DNA of 64,000 nt from Squalus acanthias (taxonomy: Eukaryota). The translations under genes were made by a program, and so were the position numbers. Shown piece by piece: positions 23,849-35,700 of the stretch (positions within the stretch are counted from its first letter, which is position 1; each line of letters starts with the position of its first letter). The notes beneath the pieces are model-generated. The model did no database searches and was not told the origin of the DNA. It saw only the letters and a program-made list of their open reading frames with translations. The stretch spans positions 46,624,001-46,688,000 of the forward strand of contig CM059447.1 in NCBI GenBank assembly GCA_030390025.1. Direction: 5' to 3'.

Positions 23849-23869
23849 GAATGGGAGGAGCGAGAGGTA

Positions 23870-24420
23870 CGACACCGAATGCTGGGGAGGGCGATGGTTC
23901 CTCTGAAGAGTACAGCCAGTGGCAGGTCCACGGCACCACGGGTGGCTCAGCTGCACGGGCCGGGGGGAGGAGGAAGATCGGGAAAGCAATAGTGGTAGGG
24001 GATTCGCTAGTTAGGGGAGCAGACAGGCGTTTCTGCGGCCGCAGACGTGACTCCAGGATGGTATGTTGCCTCCCTGGTGCCAGAGTCAAGGATGTCGCCA
24101 AGCGGCTGCAGAACATTCTGAGGGGGGAGGGTGAACAGCCAGAGGTTGTGGTCCATATCGGTACCAACGACATAGGTAGAAAGAGGGATGAGGTCCCGCA
24201 GGCAGATTTTAGGGAGTGGTTAGGATCTGGAAGGTGGTGGAGGCAGACCCAATCACAGCTTTCAAAGGGGAATTGGATAAGCACCTGAAGGAAAAACATT
24301 TGCAGGGCTACGGGGAAAGGGCGGGGGAGTGGGACTAGCTGAAGTGCTCTTGCAGAGAGACGGCACAGGCTCGACGGGCCGAATGGCCTCTTTCTGTGCT
24401 GTAACCGTTCTATGACTCTA
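23870..24420 (+). mobile_element. Internally deleted CR1: ORF1 SGNH-esterase fragment fused to a 3' end
   Basis: IVVGDSLVRG...CLPGARVKDV...VVHIGTNDIG esterase motifs, followed directly by a CR1 3' UTR. Confidence 0.8.
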
Positions 24421-24629
24421 TGTCCAACTAAGATCGTGGAATTATTGGGAAATAAGATCTGACAAGGTTCTTTGGTTTAATTGCAGGGTCGTTTTCAGGA
24501 GCAATGACCCATTGTCCTGGAGGATAGGGTGCTTTTCGCATTGCGCACCTGGCCTGCTGTTACTGTTGTGTCTCAACTTGCCAAAGGATCCTTCGAAAGC
24601 ACTCACGACCTCCAACCACTTGGGATGAC

Positions 24630-26400
24630 AACTGGGGAGATTTTGAGAGAGGGGTTCAAAAATCGTGAATGGTTTTGATGGAGTCAACGAGGGGAAAATT
24701 GTTTCCACTGGCTGAAGAGTCGATAGGAAGGATGTGAAGGCTTTGGAGAGGGTGTACGGAGGAGATTGACCAGGATGGTGCCAGGAATAAGAGACTTCAG
24801 TGATGTGGAGAGACTGGAGAAGCTGGGGTTGTTCTCCTTAGAGCGGAGAAGGTTAAGGGGAGATTTAATCGAGGCGTTCCAAATCACGAAGGGTTTTGAT
24901 GGAGTAAATAAGGAGAAACTGTTTCCAGTGGCAGGAGGGTCGGTAACCAGAGGACACAGATTTAAGGTGATTAGCAAAAGAACCAGAGGGGAGATAACCA
25001 GAGGTCATAGATTCAAAACTCATTGGAAATAGATCGAGAGGGGAGAGGAGGAGGATTCTTCTGAGTCGGAGAGTTGTGGGGATCTGGAACGCTCGGCCTG
25101 AAACGGTGGTGGAATCTGATTGCATCGATCATTTTAAAAGGGAGTCGGGCGGGTGCCTGGGGACGAGGAGCTCGCAGGGCTACAGACAAAGAGCTGGGGG
25201 GGACTGAGCGCGACTGCTCGTTCTAAGAGACGGCTCGGGTACGACCGGCCGCGCGGCCCCTTCCTGTGCTGTGGGTTTCTGTGAAAACGAGCCATCGAGC
25301 GGTTCTGTTCCACCGACAAAATGACCCCTGGGGGAGATTCCCCATCCTGCTACAACACCGGCAGTAACCAGATACAGGACGTATAGTAACCGAACTTACA
25401 ACAGGGACCACACTTCAAGAAGCACTTCATTGGCTGTGTAAAGCGCTTTGAGACGTCCGGTGGTCGTGAAAGGCGCTGGAGAAATGCAAGTCTTTCTTTC
25501 TCTCTGTCAGATACCGAACAAGGATAGAGATAAGGACACGAGGATTGCCTGTTACTGACACTCAAATTCATTTCAACCTAAAGTGATATTTTTGCTCCTG
25601 TCCATCGGCAGGTGGGTTTAACGGGACTTTAAGCCGAGAATCCTTCCGTTCCTCCCTGTTTGACTCGGGTTCAGCACCTGATCTGATCCAGGGGACCAGC
25701 CTTGGTTTAAACCGTGTCCCAATTCAGGAGTGAAATTCGACCTCCGTCTTCCTGCGGCTTAATCCGCCGGCCTTTGAACAATCGATCGCACTCTGTCATG
25801 TTTGATTCACGCCCTAAAAACAGAGAAAAATAGGAGCAGGAGTCGGCCATTCGGCCTTTCGAGCCTGCTCCGCCATTCAATATGATCATGGCTGATCCTC
25901 TATCTCAATACCATATTCCCGCTCTCTCCCCATACCCCTTGATGCCTTTTGTGTCTAGAAATCTATCGATCTCCTTCTTAAATATATTCAGTGACTTGGC
26001 CTCCACAGCCTTCTGTGGTAGAGAATTCCACAGGTTCACCACCCTCTGAGTGAAGAAATTTCTCCTCATCTCAGTCCTAAATGTCCTACCCCGTATCCTG
26101 AGACTGTGACCCCCTCGTTCTAGACCCCCCCAGCCAGGGGAAACATCCTCCCTGCATCCAGTCTGTCTAGCCCTGTCAGAATTTTATACGTTTCAATGAG
26201 ATCCCCTCTCATTCTTCTAAACTCCAGTGAATACGTGCATTCAATACTTTCAACACCACCAATACTTGAAGGGGAAAGGTTTGCCGGGCTGTGGGGAGAG
26301 AGCAGGGGGGAGAGTGGGACTAATTGGAGAGCTCTTTCAAAGAGCCGGCACAGGCACGATGGGCCGAATGGCCTCCTTCTGTGGTGTAAGATTCAATGAT
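24630..26400. mobile_element. Several CR1 3' fragments and a DeuSINE tail
   Basis: CR1 motifs at 24766-25032 (+) and 25830-26230 (-). Confidence 0.75.
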
Positions 26401-26454
26401 TGGAGTCGTTTAATATTTAATTTGATGCATGTCCCTTAAAGTCACCTTTTATAT

Positions 26455-28500
26455 GAAAAGAAAGAAAGAAAGACTCGCGTTTCTCCAGCACCTTTCACCA
26501 CCTCAGGACGTCCCAAAGCGCTTTACAGCCAATGAAGTATTTTTTGAAGTGTAGTCACTGTTGTAATGTGGGAAACGCAGCAGTCAATTTGCGCACAGCA
26601 AGCTCCCACAAACAGCAATGTGATAATGACCATATCATGCGTTTTTAGTGATGTTGGTTGAGGGATAAATATTGTCCCCAGGACACCGGGGAGAACTCCC
26701 CCCTGCTCTTCTTCCAATAGTGCCATGGATCTTTTACGTCCACCTGAGAGGGGCAGAAAGGGCCTCGGTTTCACATCTCATCTGAAAGATGGCACCTCCG
26801 ACAGTGCTGCGCTCCCTCAGTACCGCTCCTCCGACAGTGCGGCACTCCCTCAGTACCGCCCCTCCGACAGTGCGGCGCTCCCTCAGTCCTGCCCCTCCGA
26901 CAGTGCGGCGCTCCCTCAGTACTGCCCCTCAGACAGTGCGGCGCTCCCTCAGTACTGCCCCTCCGACAGTGCGGCGCTCCCTCAGTATGGCCCCTCCGAC
27001 AGTGCGGCGCTCCCTCAGTACTGCCCCTCTGACAGTGCGGCGCTCCCTCAGTACTGCCCCTCCGACATTGCGGCGCTCCCTCAGCACCGCCCCTCCGACA
27101 GTGCGGCGTTCCCTCAGTACTGCCCCTCCGACAGTGCGGTGCTCCCTCAGTACCGCCCCTCCGACAGTGCGGCGCTCCCTCAGTACTGCCCCTCCGACAG
27201 TGCGGCGCTCCCTCAGACAGTGCGGCGCTCCCTCAGTACCGCCCCTCCGACAGTGCGGCGCTCCCTCAGTACCGCCCCTCCGACAGTGCGGCGCTCCCTC
27301 AGTACCGCCCCTCCAACAGTGCGGCGCTCCCTCAGTACTGACCCTCCGACAGTGCGGCACTCCCTCAGTACTGACCCTCCGACAGTGCGGCACTCCCTCA
27401 GTACTGCCCCTCCGACAGTGCGGCGCTCCCTCTGTACTGCCCCTCCGACAGTGCGGCGCTCCCTCAGTACCGCCCCTCCGACAGTGCGGCGCTCCCTCAG
27501 CACCGCCCCTCTGACAGTGCGGCGCTCCCTCAGTACTGCCCCTCCGACAGTGCGGCGCTCCCTCAGACAGTGCGGCGCTCCCTCAGTACCGCCCCTCCGA
27601 CAGTGCGGCGCTCCCTCAGTACCGCCCCTCCGACAGTGCGGCGCTCCCTCAGTACCGCCCCTCCGACAGTGCGGCGCTCCCTCAGTACCGCCCCTCCGAC
27701 AGTGCGGCACTCCCTCAGTACTGCCCCTCCGACAGTGCGGCGCTCCCTCAGTACTGCCCCTCCGACAGTGCGGCGCTCCCTCAGTACCGCCCCTCCGACA
27801 GTGCGGCGCTCCCTCAGCACCACCCCTCTGACAGTGCGGCGCTCCCTCAGTACTGCCCCTCCGACAGTGCGGCGCTCCCTCAGACAGTGCGGCGCTCCCT
27901 CAGTACCGCCCCTCCGACAGTGCGGCGCTCCCTCAGTACCGCCCCTCCGACAGTGCGGCGCTCCCTCAGTACCGCCCCTCCGACAGTGCGGCGCTCCCTC
28001 AGTACCGCCCCTCCGACAGTGCGGCGCTCCCTCAGTACCGCCCCTCCAACAGTGCGGCGCTCCCTCAGTACTGACCCTCCGACAGTGCGGCACTCCCTCA
28101 GTACTGACCCTCCGACAGTGCGGCACTCCCTCAGTACTGCCCCTCCGACAGTGCGGCGCTCCCTCAGTACTGCCCCTCCGACAGTGCGGCGCTCCCTCAG
28201 TACCGCCCCTCCGACAGTGCGGCGCTCCCTCAGCACCGCCCCTCTGACAGTGCGGCGCTCCCTCAGTACCGCCCCTCCGACAGTGCGGCGCTCCCTCAGT
28301 ACTGCCCCTCCGACAGTGCGACGCTCCCTCAGTACTGCCCCTCCGACAGTGCGGCGCTCCCTCAGTACTGCACTGGGAGTGTCAGCCTGGATTTTTGTGA
28401 TCAAGTCCCTGGAGTGGGGCTCGAACCCACAACCTTCTGACTCAGAGGCGAGAGAGAGAGAGAGAGAGAGAGTGCTACCCACTGAGCCACAGCTGACACC
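26455..28500 (-). mobile_element. Full-length tRNA-headed DeuSINE inflated by a 1.6-kb 33-bp array
   Basis: A box TGGCTCAGTGG and B box GGTTCGAGCC at 28418-28490; array 26795-28370; Deu domain and tail. Confidence 0.85.
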
Positions 28501-28747
28501 TGTGAAAAATATGGTTTTTAAATTCGCCGTACAATATTTTTGAAGCAGGACTTTAAATCGTCACGCACGGTGCTTCATGCAAATTTCGTGACTCCTTCTC
28601 TACCCGACCCCCCCACCCCCAAGTCTATGCTTGACGCAGAATCCGTGACCCCAGAAATTGAAGGCAAATTAATGTAAGAGCTGAATTTAGGGGAACTGCC
28701 ATGCCATCGTTGTCCACTTGAGGTCAGCAGTGAGCACAGAGAAGGAC

Positions 28748-31700
28748 ACAACAAGAAACTGCATTGATATAGCGCCTTTAACGACATACAAGGTCCCCCA
28801 GGCACTTCACAGGACCGTTATCAGACAAAACCCGAAATTTGACATCGAGTCACATCAGGAGATATTAGGACAGGCGACCAAAAGCTGTGTCAAAGAGGTC
28901 GGGTTAAAGGAGCGTCTTAAAGGAGGAGAGAGAGGCGGAGAGGTTTAGGGAGGGAATTCCAGAGCTCGGGGCCCAGGCGGCTGAAGGCACGGCCGCCAAT
29001 GGTGGAGCGATGGAAATCGGGGGATGCGCAAGAGGCCAGAATTGGAGGAGCGCAGAGATCTCGGGAGGGGTGTGGGGCTGGAGGGGGTTACAGAGATAGG
29101 GAGGGGTGTAGGGAGTGGAGGGGGTTACAGAGATGGGGAGGGGGGAGAGGGCTGGAGGGGGTTACAGAGATAGGGAGGGGTGTAGGGAGTGGAGGGGGTT
29201 ACAGAGATAGGGAGGGGTGTGGGGCTGGAGTTTGTTACAGAGATGGGGAGGGGTGTAGGGCTGGAGGAGGTTACAGAGATGGGGAGGGGTGTAGGGCTGG
29301 ATGGGGTTACAGAGATGGGGAGGGGGGAGAGGGCTGGAGGGGGTTACAGAGATAGGGAGGGGTGTAGGGAGTGGAGGGGGTTACAGAGATAGGGTGGGGT
29401 GTAGGGCTGGAGGGGGTTACAGAGATGGGGAGGGGTGTCGGGCTGGAGGGGGTTACAGAGATAGGGAGGGGTGTAGGGGCTGGAGGGGGTTACAGAGATA
29501 GGGAGGGGGTGTAGGGGCTGGAGGAGGTTACAGAGATGGGGAGGGGTGTAGGGGCTGAAGGGGGTTACAGAGATGGGGAGGGGGGAGAGGGCTGGAGGGG
29601 GTTACAGAGATAGGGAGGGGTGTAGGGAGTGGAGGGGGTTACAGAGATAGGGTGGGGTGTAGGGCTGGAGGGGGTTACAGAGATGGGGTGGGGTGTAGGG
29701 CTGGAGTGGGTTACAGAGATAGGGAGGGGTGTAGGGGCTGGAGGGGGTTACAGAGATAGGGAGGGGGTGTAGGGGCTGGAGGAGGTTACAGAGATGGGGA
29801 GGGGTGTAGGGGCAGGAGGGGGTTACAGAGATGGGGAGGGGTGTAGGGGCTGGAGGAGGTTACAGAGATGGGGAGGGGTGTGGGGCTGAAGGGGGTTACA
29901 GAGATGGGGAGGGGTGTAGGGGCTGGAGGAGGTTACAGAGATGGGGAGGGGTGTGGGGCTGAAGGGGGTTACAGAGATGGGGAGGGGTGTAGGGGCTGGA
30001 GGGGGTTACAGAGATGGGGAGGGGTGTAGGGGCTGGAGGGGGTTACAGAGAAGGGGAGGGGTGTAGGGGCTGGAGGGGGTTACAGAGATAGGGAGGGGTG
30101 TAGGGGCTGCAGGAGGTTACAGAGATGGGGAGGGGTGTAGGGGCTGGAGGGGGTTACAGAGATGGGGAGGGGTGTAGGGCTGGAGGAGGTTACAGAGATG
30201 GGGAGGGGTGTAGGGCTGGAGGAGGTTACAGAGATGGGGAGGGGTGTAGGGCTGGAGGGGGTTACAGAGATGGGGAGGGGGGAGAGGGCTGGAGGGGGTT
30301 ACAGAGATAGGGAGGGGTGTAGGGAGTGGAGGGGGTTACAGAGATAGGGTGGGGTGTAGGGCTGGAGGGGGTTACAGAGATGGGGAGGGGTGTCGGGCTG
30401 GAGGGGGTTACAGAGATAGGGAGGGGTGTAGGGGCTGGAGGGGGTTACAGAGATGGGGAGGGGGGAGAGGGCTGGAGGGGGTTACAGAGATAGGGAGGGG
30501 TGTAGGGAGTGGAGGGGGTTACAGAGATGGGGTGGGGTGTAATGCTGGAGGGGGTTACAGAGATGGGGTGAGGTGTAGGGCTGGAGGGGGTTACAGAGAT
30601 AGGGAGGGGTGTAGGGGCTGGAGGGGGTTACAGAGATAGGGAGGGGGTGTAGGGGCTGGAGGAGGTTACAGAGATGGGGAGGGGTGTAGGGGCTGGAGGG
30701 GGTTACAGAGATGGGGAGGGGTGTAGGGGCTGGAGGAGGTTACAGAGATGGGGAGGGATGTAGGGGCTGAAGGGGGTTACAGAGATGGGGAGGGGTGTAG
30801 GGGCTGGAGGGGGTTACAGAGATGGGGAGGGGTGTGGGGCTGGAGGAGGTTACAGAGATGGGGAGGGGTGTGGGGCTGAAGGGGGTTACAGAGATGGGGA
30901 GGGGTGTAGGGGCTGGAGGGGGTTACAGAGATGGGGAGGGGTGTAGGGGCTGGAGGGGGTTACAGAGAAGGGGAGGGGTGTAGGGGCTGGAGGGGGTTAC
31001 AGAGATAGGGAGGGGTGTAGGGGCTGAAGGAGGTTACAGAGATGGGGAGGGGTGTAGGGGCTGGAGGGGGTTACAGAGATGGGGAGGGGTGTAGGGCTGG
31101 AGGAGGTTACAGAGATGGGGAGGGGTGTAGGGCTGGAGGAGGTTACAGAGATGGGGAGGGGTGTAGGGGCTGGAGGGGGTTACAGAGATGGGGAGGGGTG
31201 TAGGGCTGGAGGAGGTTACAGAGATGGGGAGGGGTGTAGGGCTGGAGGGGGTTACAGAGATGGGGAGGGGGGAGAGGGCTGGAGGGGGTTACAGAGATAG
31301 GGAGGGGTGTAGGGAGTGGAGGGGGTTACAGAGATAGGGTGGGGTGTAGGGCTGGAGGGGGTTACAGAGTTGGGGTGGGGTGTCGGGCTGGAGGGGGTTA
31401 CAGAGATAGGGAGGGGTGTAGGGGCTGGAGGGGGTTACAGAGATAGGGAGGGGGTGTAGGGGCTGGAGGAGGTTACAGAGATGGGGAGGGGTGTAGGGGC
31501 TGAAGGGGGTTACAGAGATGGGGAGGGGTGTAGGGGCTGGAGGGGGTTACAGAGATGGGGAGGGGTGTAGGGGCTGGAGGGGGTTACAGAGAAGGGGAGG
31601 GGTGTAGGGGCTGGAGGGGGTTACAGAGATAGGGAGGGGTGTAGGGGCTGAAGGGGGTTACAGAGATGGGGAGGGGTGTAGGGGCTGGAGGGGGTTACAG

Positions 31701-32272
31701 AGATGGGGAGGGGTGTAGGGCTGGACGGGGTTACAGAGATGGGGAGGGGTGTAGGGCTGGACGGGGTTACAGTGATAGGGAGGGGTGTAGGGCTGGAGGG
31801 GGTTACAGAGAAGGGGAGGGGTGTAGGGGCTGGAGGAGGTTACAGAGATGGGGAGGGGTGTAGGGCTGGAGGGAGTTACAGAGAAGGGGAGGGGTGTAGG
31901 GGCTGGAGGAGGTTACAGAGATGGGGAGGGGTGTAGGGGCTGGAGGAGTTTACAGAGATGGGGAGGGGTGTAGGGGCTGGAGGGGGTTACAGAGATGGGG
32001 AGGGGTGTAGGGGCTGGAGGAGGTTACAGAGATGGGGAGGGGTGTAGGGGCTGGAGGAGGTTACAGAGATGGGGAGGGGTGTAGGGGGTAACAGAGATGG
32101 GGAGGGGTGTTGGGGCTGGAGGTGGTTACAGAGATGGGGAGGGGTGTAGGGGCTGGAGGGGGTTACAGAGATGGGGAGGGGTGTAGGGCTGGAGGAGGTT
32201 ACAGAGATAGGGAGGGGTGTAGGGGCTGGAGGGGGTTACAGAGATGGGGAGGGGTGTAGGGGCTGGAGGGGG
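28748..32272 (-). repeat. L2 3' end with a 3.2-kb G-rich 36/37-bp minisatellite
   Basis: Unit GGGGCTGGAGGGGGTTACAGAGATGGGGAGGGGTGTA from about 29065; L2 tail 28748-29065. Confidence 0.92.
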
Positions 32273-32708
32273 TACTGAGGGAGCGCCGCACTGTCGGAGG
32301 GGCAGTGCTGAGGAATATCGTCAGGTTCTCAAAGGCAAGATAGGAGTGAAATTAGTGATGAGGGGGAAGCTCTAGCCTCCCAGGAGAATGTTATTTTGAT
32401 TAATCACCTGCAGTGATTTAGTAACTCGCACTGCAGTGTGAATGGTCTGAGGGATCCCACAAAATGGTTAACAAAATGAAAGCTGCACATTTCCCAGCTC
32501 CAAGTATTTGTGCTGAAGGTCCCCAATCATCCGATCACTGCCTGGGCGAGGTCACGCTGAGTTATCACGAGCACCTACCTTCTGTTACACAATCTTCATC
32601 CTTCTTAATTTAAAGCTCCCTCTACACTGTCCCATCAAACACTCCCAGGGCAGGTACAGCACGGGGTTAGATACAGAGTAAAGCTCCCTCTACACTGTCC
32701 CATCTGCT

Positions 32709-32751
32709 TCACCTGAGGAAGGAGCAAATCGATAGCTCCGAAAGCTTGTGA
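32709..32751 (+). ncRNA. Minimal hammerhead ribozyme motif in a Penelope pLTR fragment
   Basis: TCAC-CTGAGGA-A-GGAGC(AAATCGATA)GCTCC-GAAA-GCTT-GTGA. Confidence 0.75.
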
Positions 32752-35700
32752 TTTCAAATAAAACTGTTGGACTATAACCTGGTGTTGTGCGACCTCTCAA
32801 TTTTGTCCACCCCAGTCCAACACCGGCATCTCCGCATCATGACCATCAAACACTCCCAGGGCAGGTACAGCACGGGTTAGATACAGAGTAAAGCTCCCTC
32901 TACACTGTCCCATCAAACACTCCCAGGGCAGGTACAGCACGGGTTAGATACAGAGTAAAGCTCCCTCTACACTGTCCCCATCAAACACTCCGGGGCAGGT
33001 ACAGCACGGGTTAGATACAGAGTAAAGCTCCCCCTACACTGTCCCTTCAAACACTCCCAGGGCAGGTACAGCACGGGTTAGATACAGAGTAAAGCTCCCT
33101 CTACACTGTCCCTTCAAACACTCCCAGGGCAGGTACAGCACGGGTTAGATACAGAGTAAAGCTCCCTCTACACTGTCCCCATCAAACACTCCGGGGCAGG
33201 TACAGCACGGGTTAGATACAGAGTAAAGCTCCCTCTACACTGTCCCTTCACACACTCCCAGGGCAGGTACAGCACGGGTTAGATACAGAGTAAAGCTCCC
33301 TCTACACTGTCCCATCAAACACTCCCAGGGCAGGTACAGCACGGGTTAGATACAGAGTAAAGCTCCCTCCACACTGTCCCATCAAACATTCCCAGGGCAG
33401 GTGCTGCACGGGTTAGATACAGAGTAAAGCACCCTCTACACTGTCCCTTCAAACACTCCCAGGGCAGGTACAGCACGGGTTAGATACAGAGTAAAGCTCC
33501 CTCTACACTGTCCCATCAAACACTCCCAGGGCAGGTACAGCACGGGTTAGATACAGAGTAAATCTCCCGCTACACTGTCCCCATCAAACACTCCCAGGGC
33601 AGGTACAGCACGGGTTAGATACAGAGTAAAGCTCCCTCTACACTGTCCCATCAAACACTCCCAGGGCAGGTACAGCACGGGTTAGATACAGAGTAAAGTT
33701 CCCTCCACACCGTCCCCATCAAACACTCCCAGGGCAGGTACAGCACGGGTTAGATACAGAGTAAAGTTCCCTCTACACCGTCCCATCAAACACTCCCGGG
33801 TCAGGTACAGCACGGGTTAGATACAGAGTAAAGCTCCCTCTACACTGTCCCCATCAAACACTCCGGGGCAGGTACAGCACGGGTTAGATACAGAGTAAAG
33901 CTCCCCCTACACTGTTCCTTCAAACACTCCCAGGGCAGGTACAGCACGGGTTAGATACAGAGTAAAGCTCCCTCTACACTGTCCCATCAAACACTCCCAG
34001 GGCAGGTACAGCACGGGTTAGATACAGAGTAAAGCTCCCTCCACACTGTCCCATCAAACACTCCCAGGGCAGGTACTGCACGGGTTAGATACAGAGTAAA
34101 GCGCCCTCTACACTGTCCCTTCAAACACTCCCAGGGCAGGTACAGCACGGGTTAGATACAGAGTAAAGCTCCCTCTACACTGTCCCATCAAACACTCCCA
34201 GGGCAGGTACAGCACGGGTTAGATACAGAGTAAATCTCCCGCTACACTGTCCCCATCAAACACTCCCAGGACAGGTACAGCACGGGTTAGATACAGCGTA
34301 AAGCTCCCTCTACACTGTCCCATCAAGCACTCCCAGGGCAGGTACAGCACGGGTTAGATACAGAGTAAAGCTCCCTCTACACTGTCCCATCAAACACTCC
34401 CAGGGCAGGTACAGCACGTGTTAGATACAGAGTAAAGCTCCCTCTACACTGTCCCATCAAACACTCCCAGGGCAGGTTCAGCACGGGTTAGATACAGAGT
34501 AAAGCTCCCTCCACACCGTCCCCATCAAACACTCCCAGGGCAGGTACAGCACGGGTTAGATACAGAGTAAATCTCCCTCTACACTGTCCCATCAAACACT
34601 CCCAGGGCAGGTACAGCACGGGTTAGATACAGAGTAAAGCTCCCTCCACACTGTCCCATCAAACACTCCCAGGGCAGGTACTGCACGGGTTAGATACAGA
34701 GTAAAGCTCCCTCTACACTGTCCCTTCAAACACTCCCAGGGCAGGTACAGCACGGGTTAGAGACAGAGTAAAGCTCCCTCTACACTGTCACATCAAACAC
34801 TCCCAGGGCAGGTACAGCACGGGTTAGATACAGCGTAAAGCTCCCTCTACACTGTCCCATCAAGCACTCCCAGGGCAGGTACAGCACGGGTTAGATACAG
34901 AGTAAAGCTCCCTCTACACTGTCCCATCAAACACTCCCAGGACAGGTACAGCACGGGTTAGATACAGAGTAAAGCTCCCTCTACACTGTCCCATCAAACA
35001 CTCCCAGGGCAGGTACAGCACGGGTTAGATACAGAGTAAAGCTCCCTCTACACTGTCCCCATCAAACACTCCCAGGGCAGGGACAGCACGGGTTAGATAC
35101 AGAGTAAAGCTCCCTCCACACCGTCCCCATCAAACACTCCCAGGGCAGGTACAGCACGGGTTAGATAGAGAGTAAAGCTCCCTCTACACTGTCCCATCAA
35201 ACACTCCCAGGGCAGGTACAGCACGGGTGAGATACAGAGTAAAGCTCCCTCTACACTGTCCCATCAAACACTCCCAGGGCAGGTATAGCACGGGGTTAGA
35301 TACAGAGTAAAGCTCCCTCTACACTGTCCCATCAAACACTCCCAGGGCAGGTACAGCACGGGTTAGATACAGAGTAAAGCTCCCTCTACACTGTCCCATC
35401 AAACACTCCCAGGGCAGGTACAGCACGGGTTAGATACAGAGTAAAGCTCCCTCTACACCGTCCCATCAAACACTCCCGGGGCAGCTACAGCACGGGTTAG
35501 ATACAGAGTAAAGCTCCCTCTACACTGTCCCCATCAAACACTCCCAGGGCAGATACAGCACGGGTTAGATACAGAGTAAAGTACCCTCTACACTGTCCCC
35601 ATGAAACACTCCGGGGCAGGTACAGCACGGGTTAGATACAGAGTAAAGCTCCCCCTACACTGTCCCTTCAAACACTCCCAGGGCAGGTACAGCACGGGTT

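Noticed and set aside
23851-24288. Cellular GDSL/SGNH esterase gene
   Set aside because: Matches the esterase domain of CR1 ORF1 and is fused to a CR1 3' end
28418-28495. tRNA gene
   Set aside because: A and B boxes belong to a SINE head interrupted by a (GA)n tract; no cloverleaf
28577-28584. Octamer suggesting a third Ig promoter
   Set aside because: No leader or V exon was found downstream on either strand
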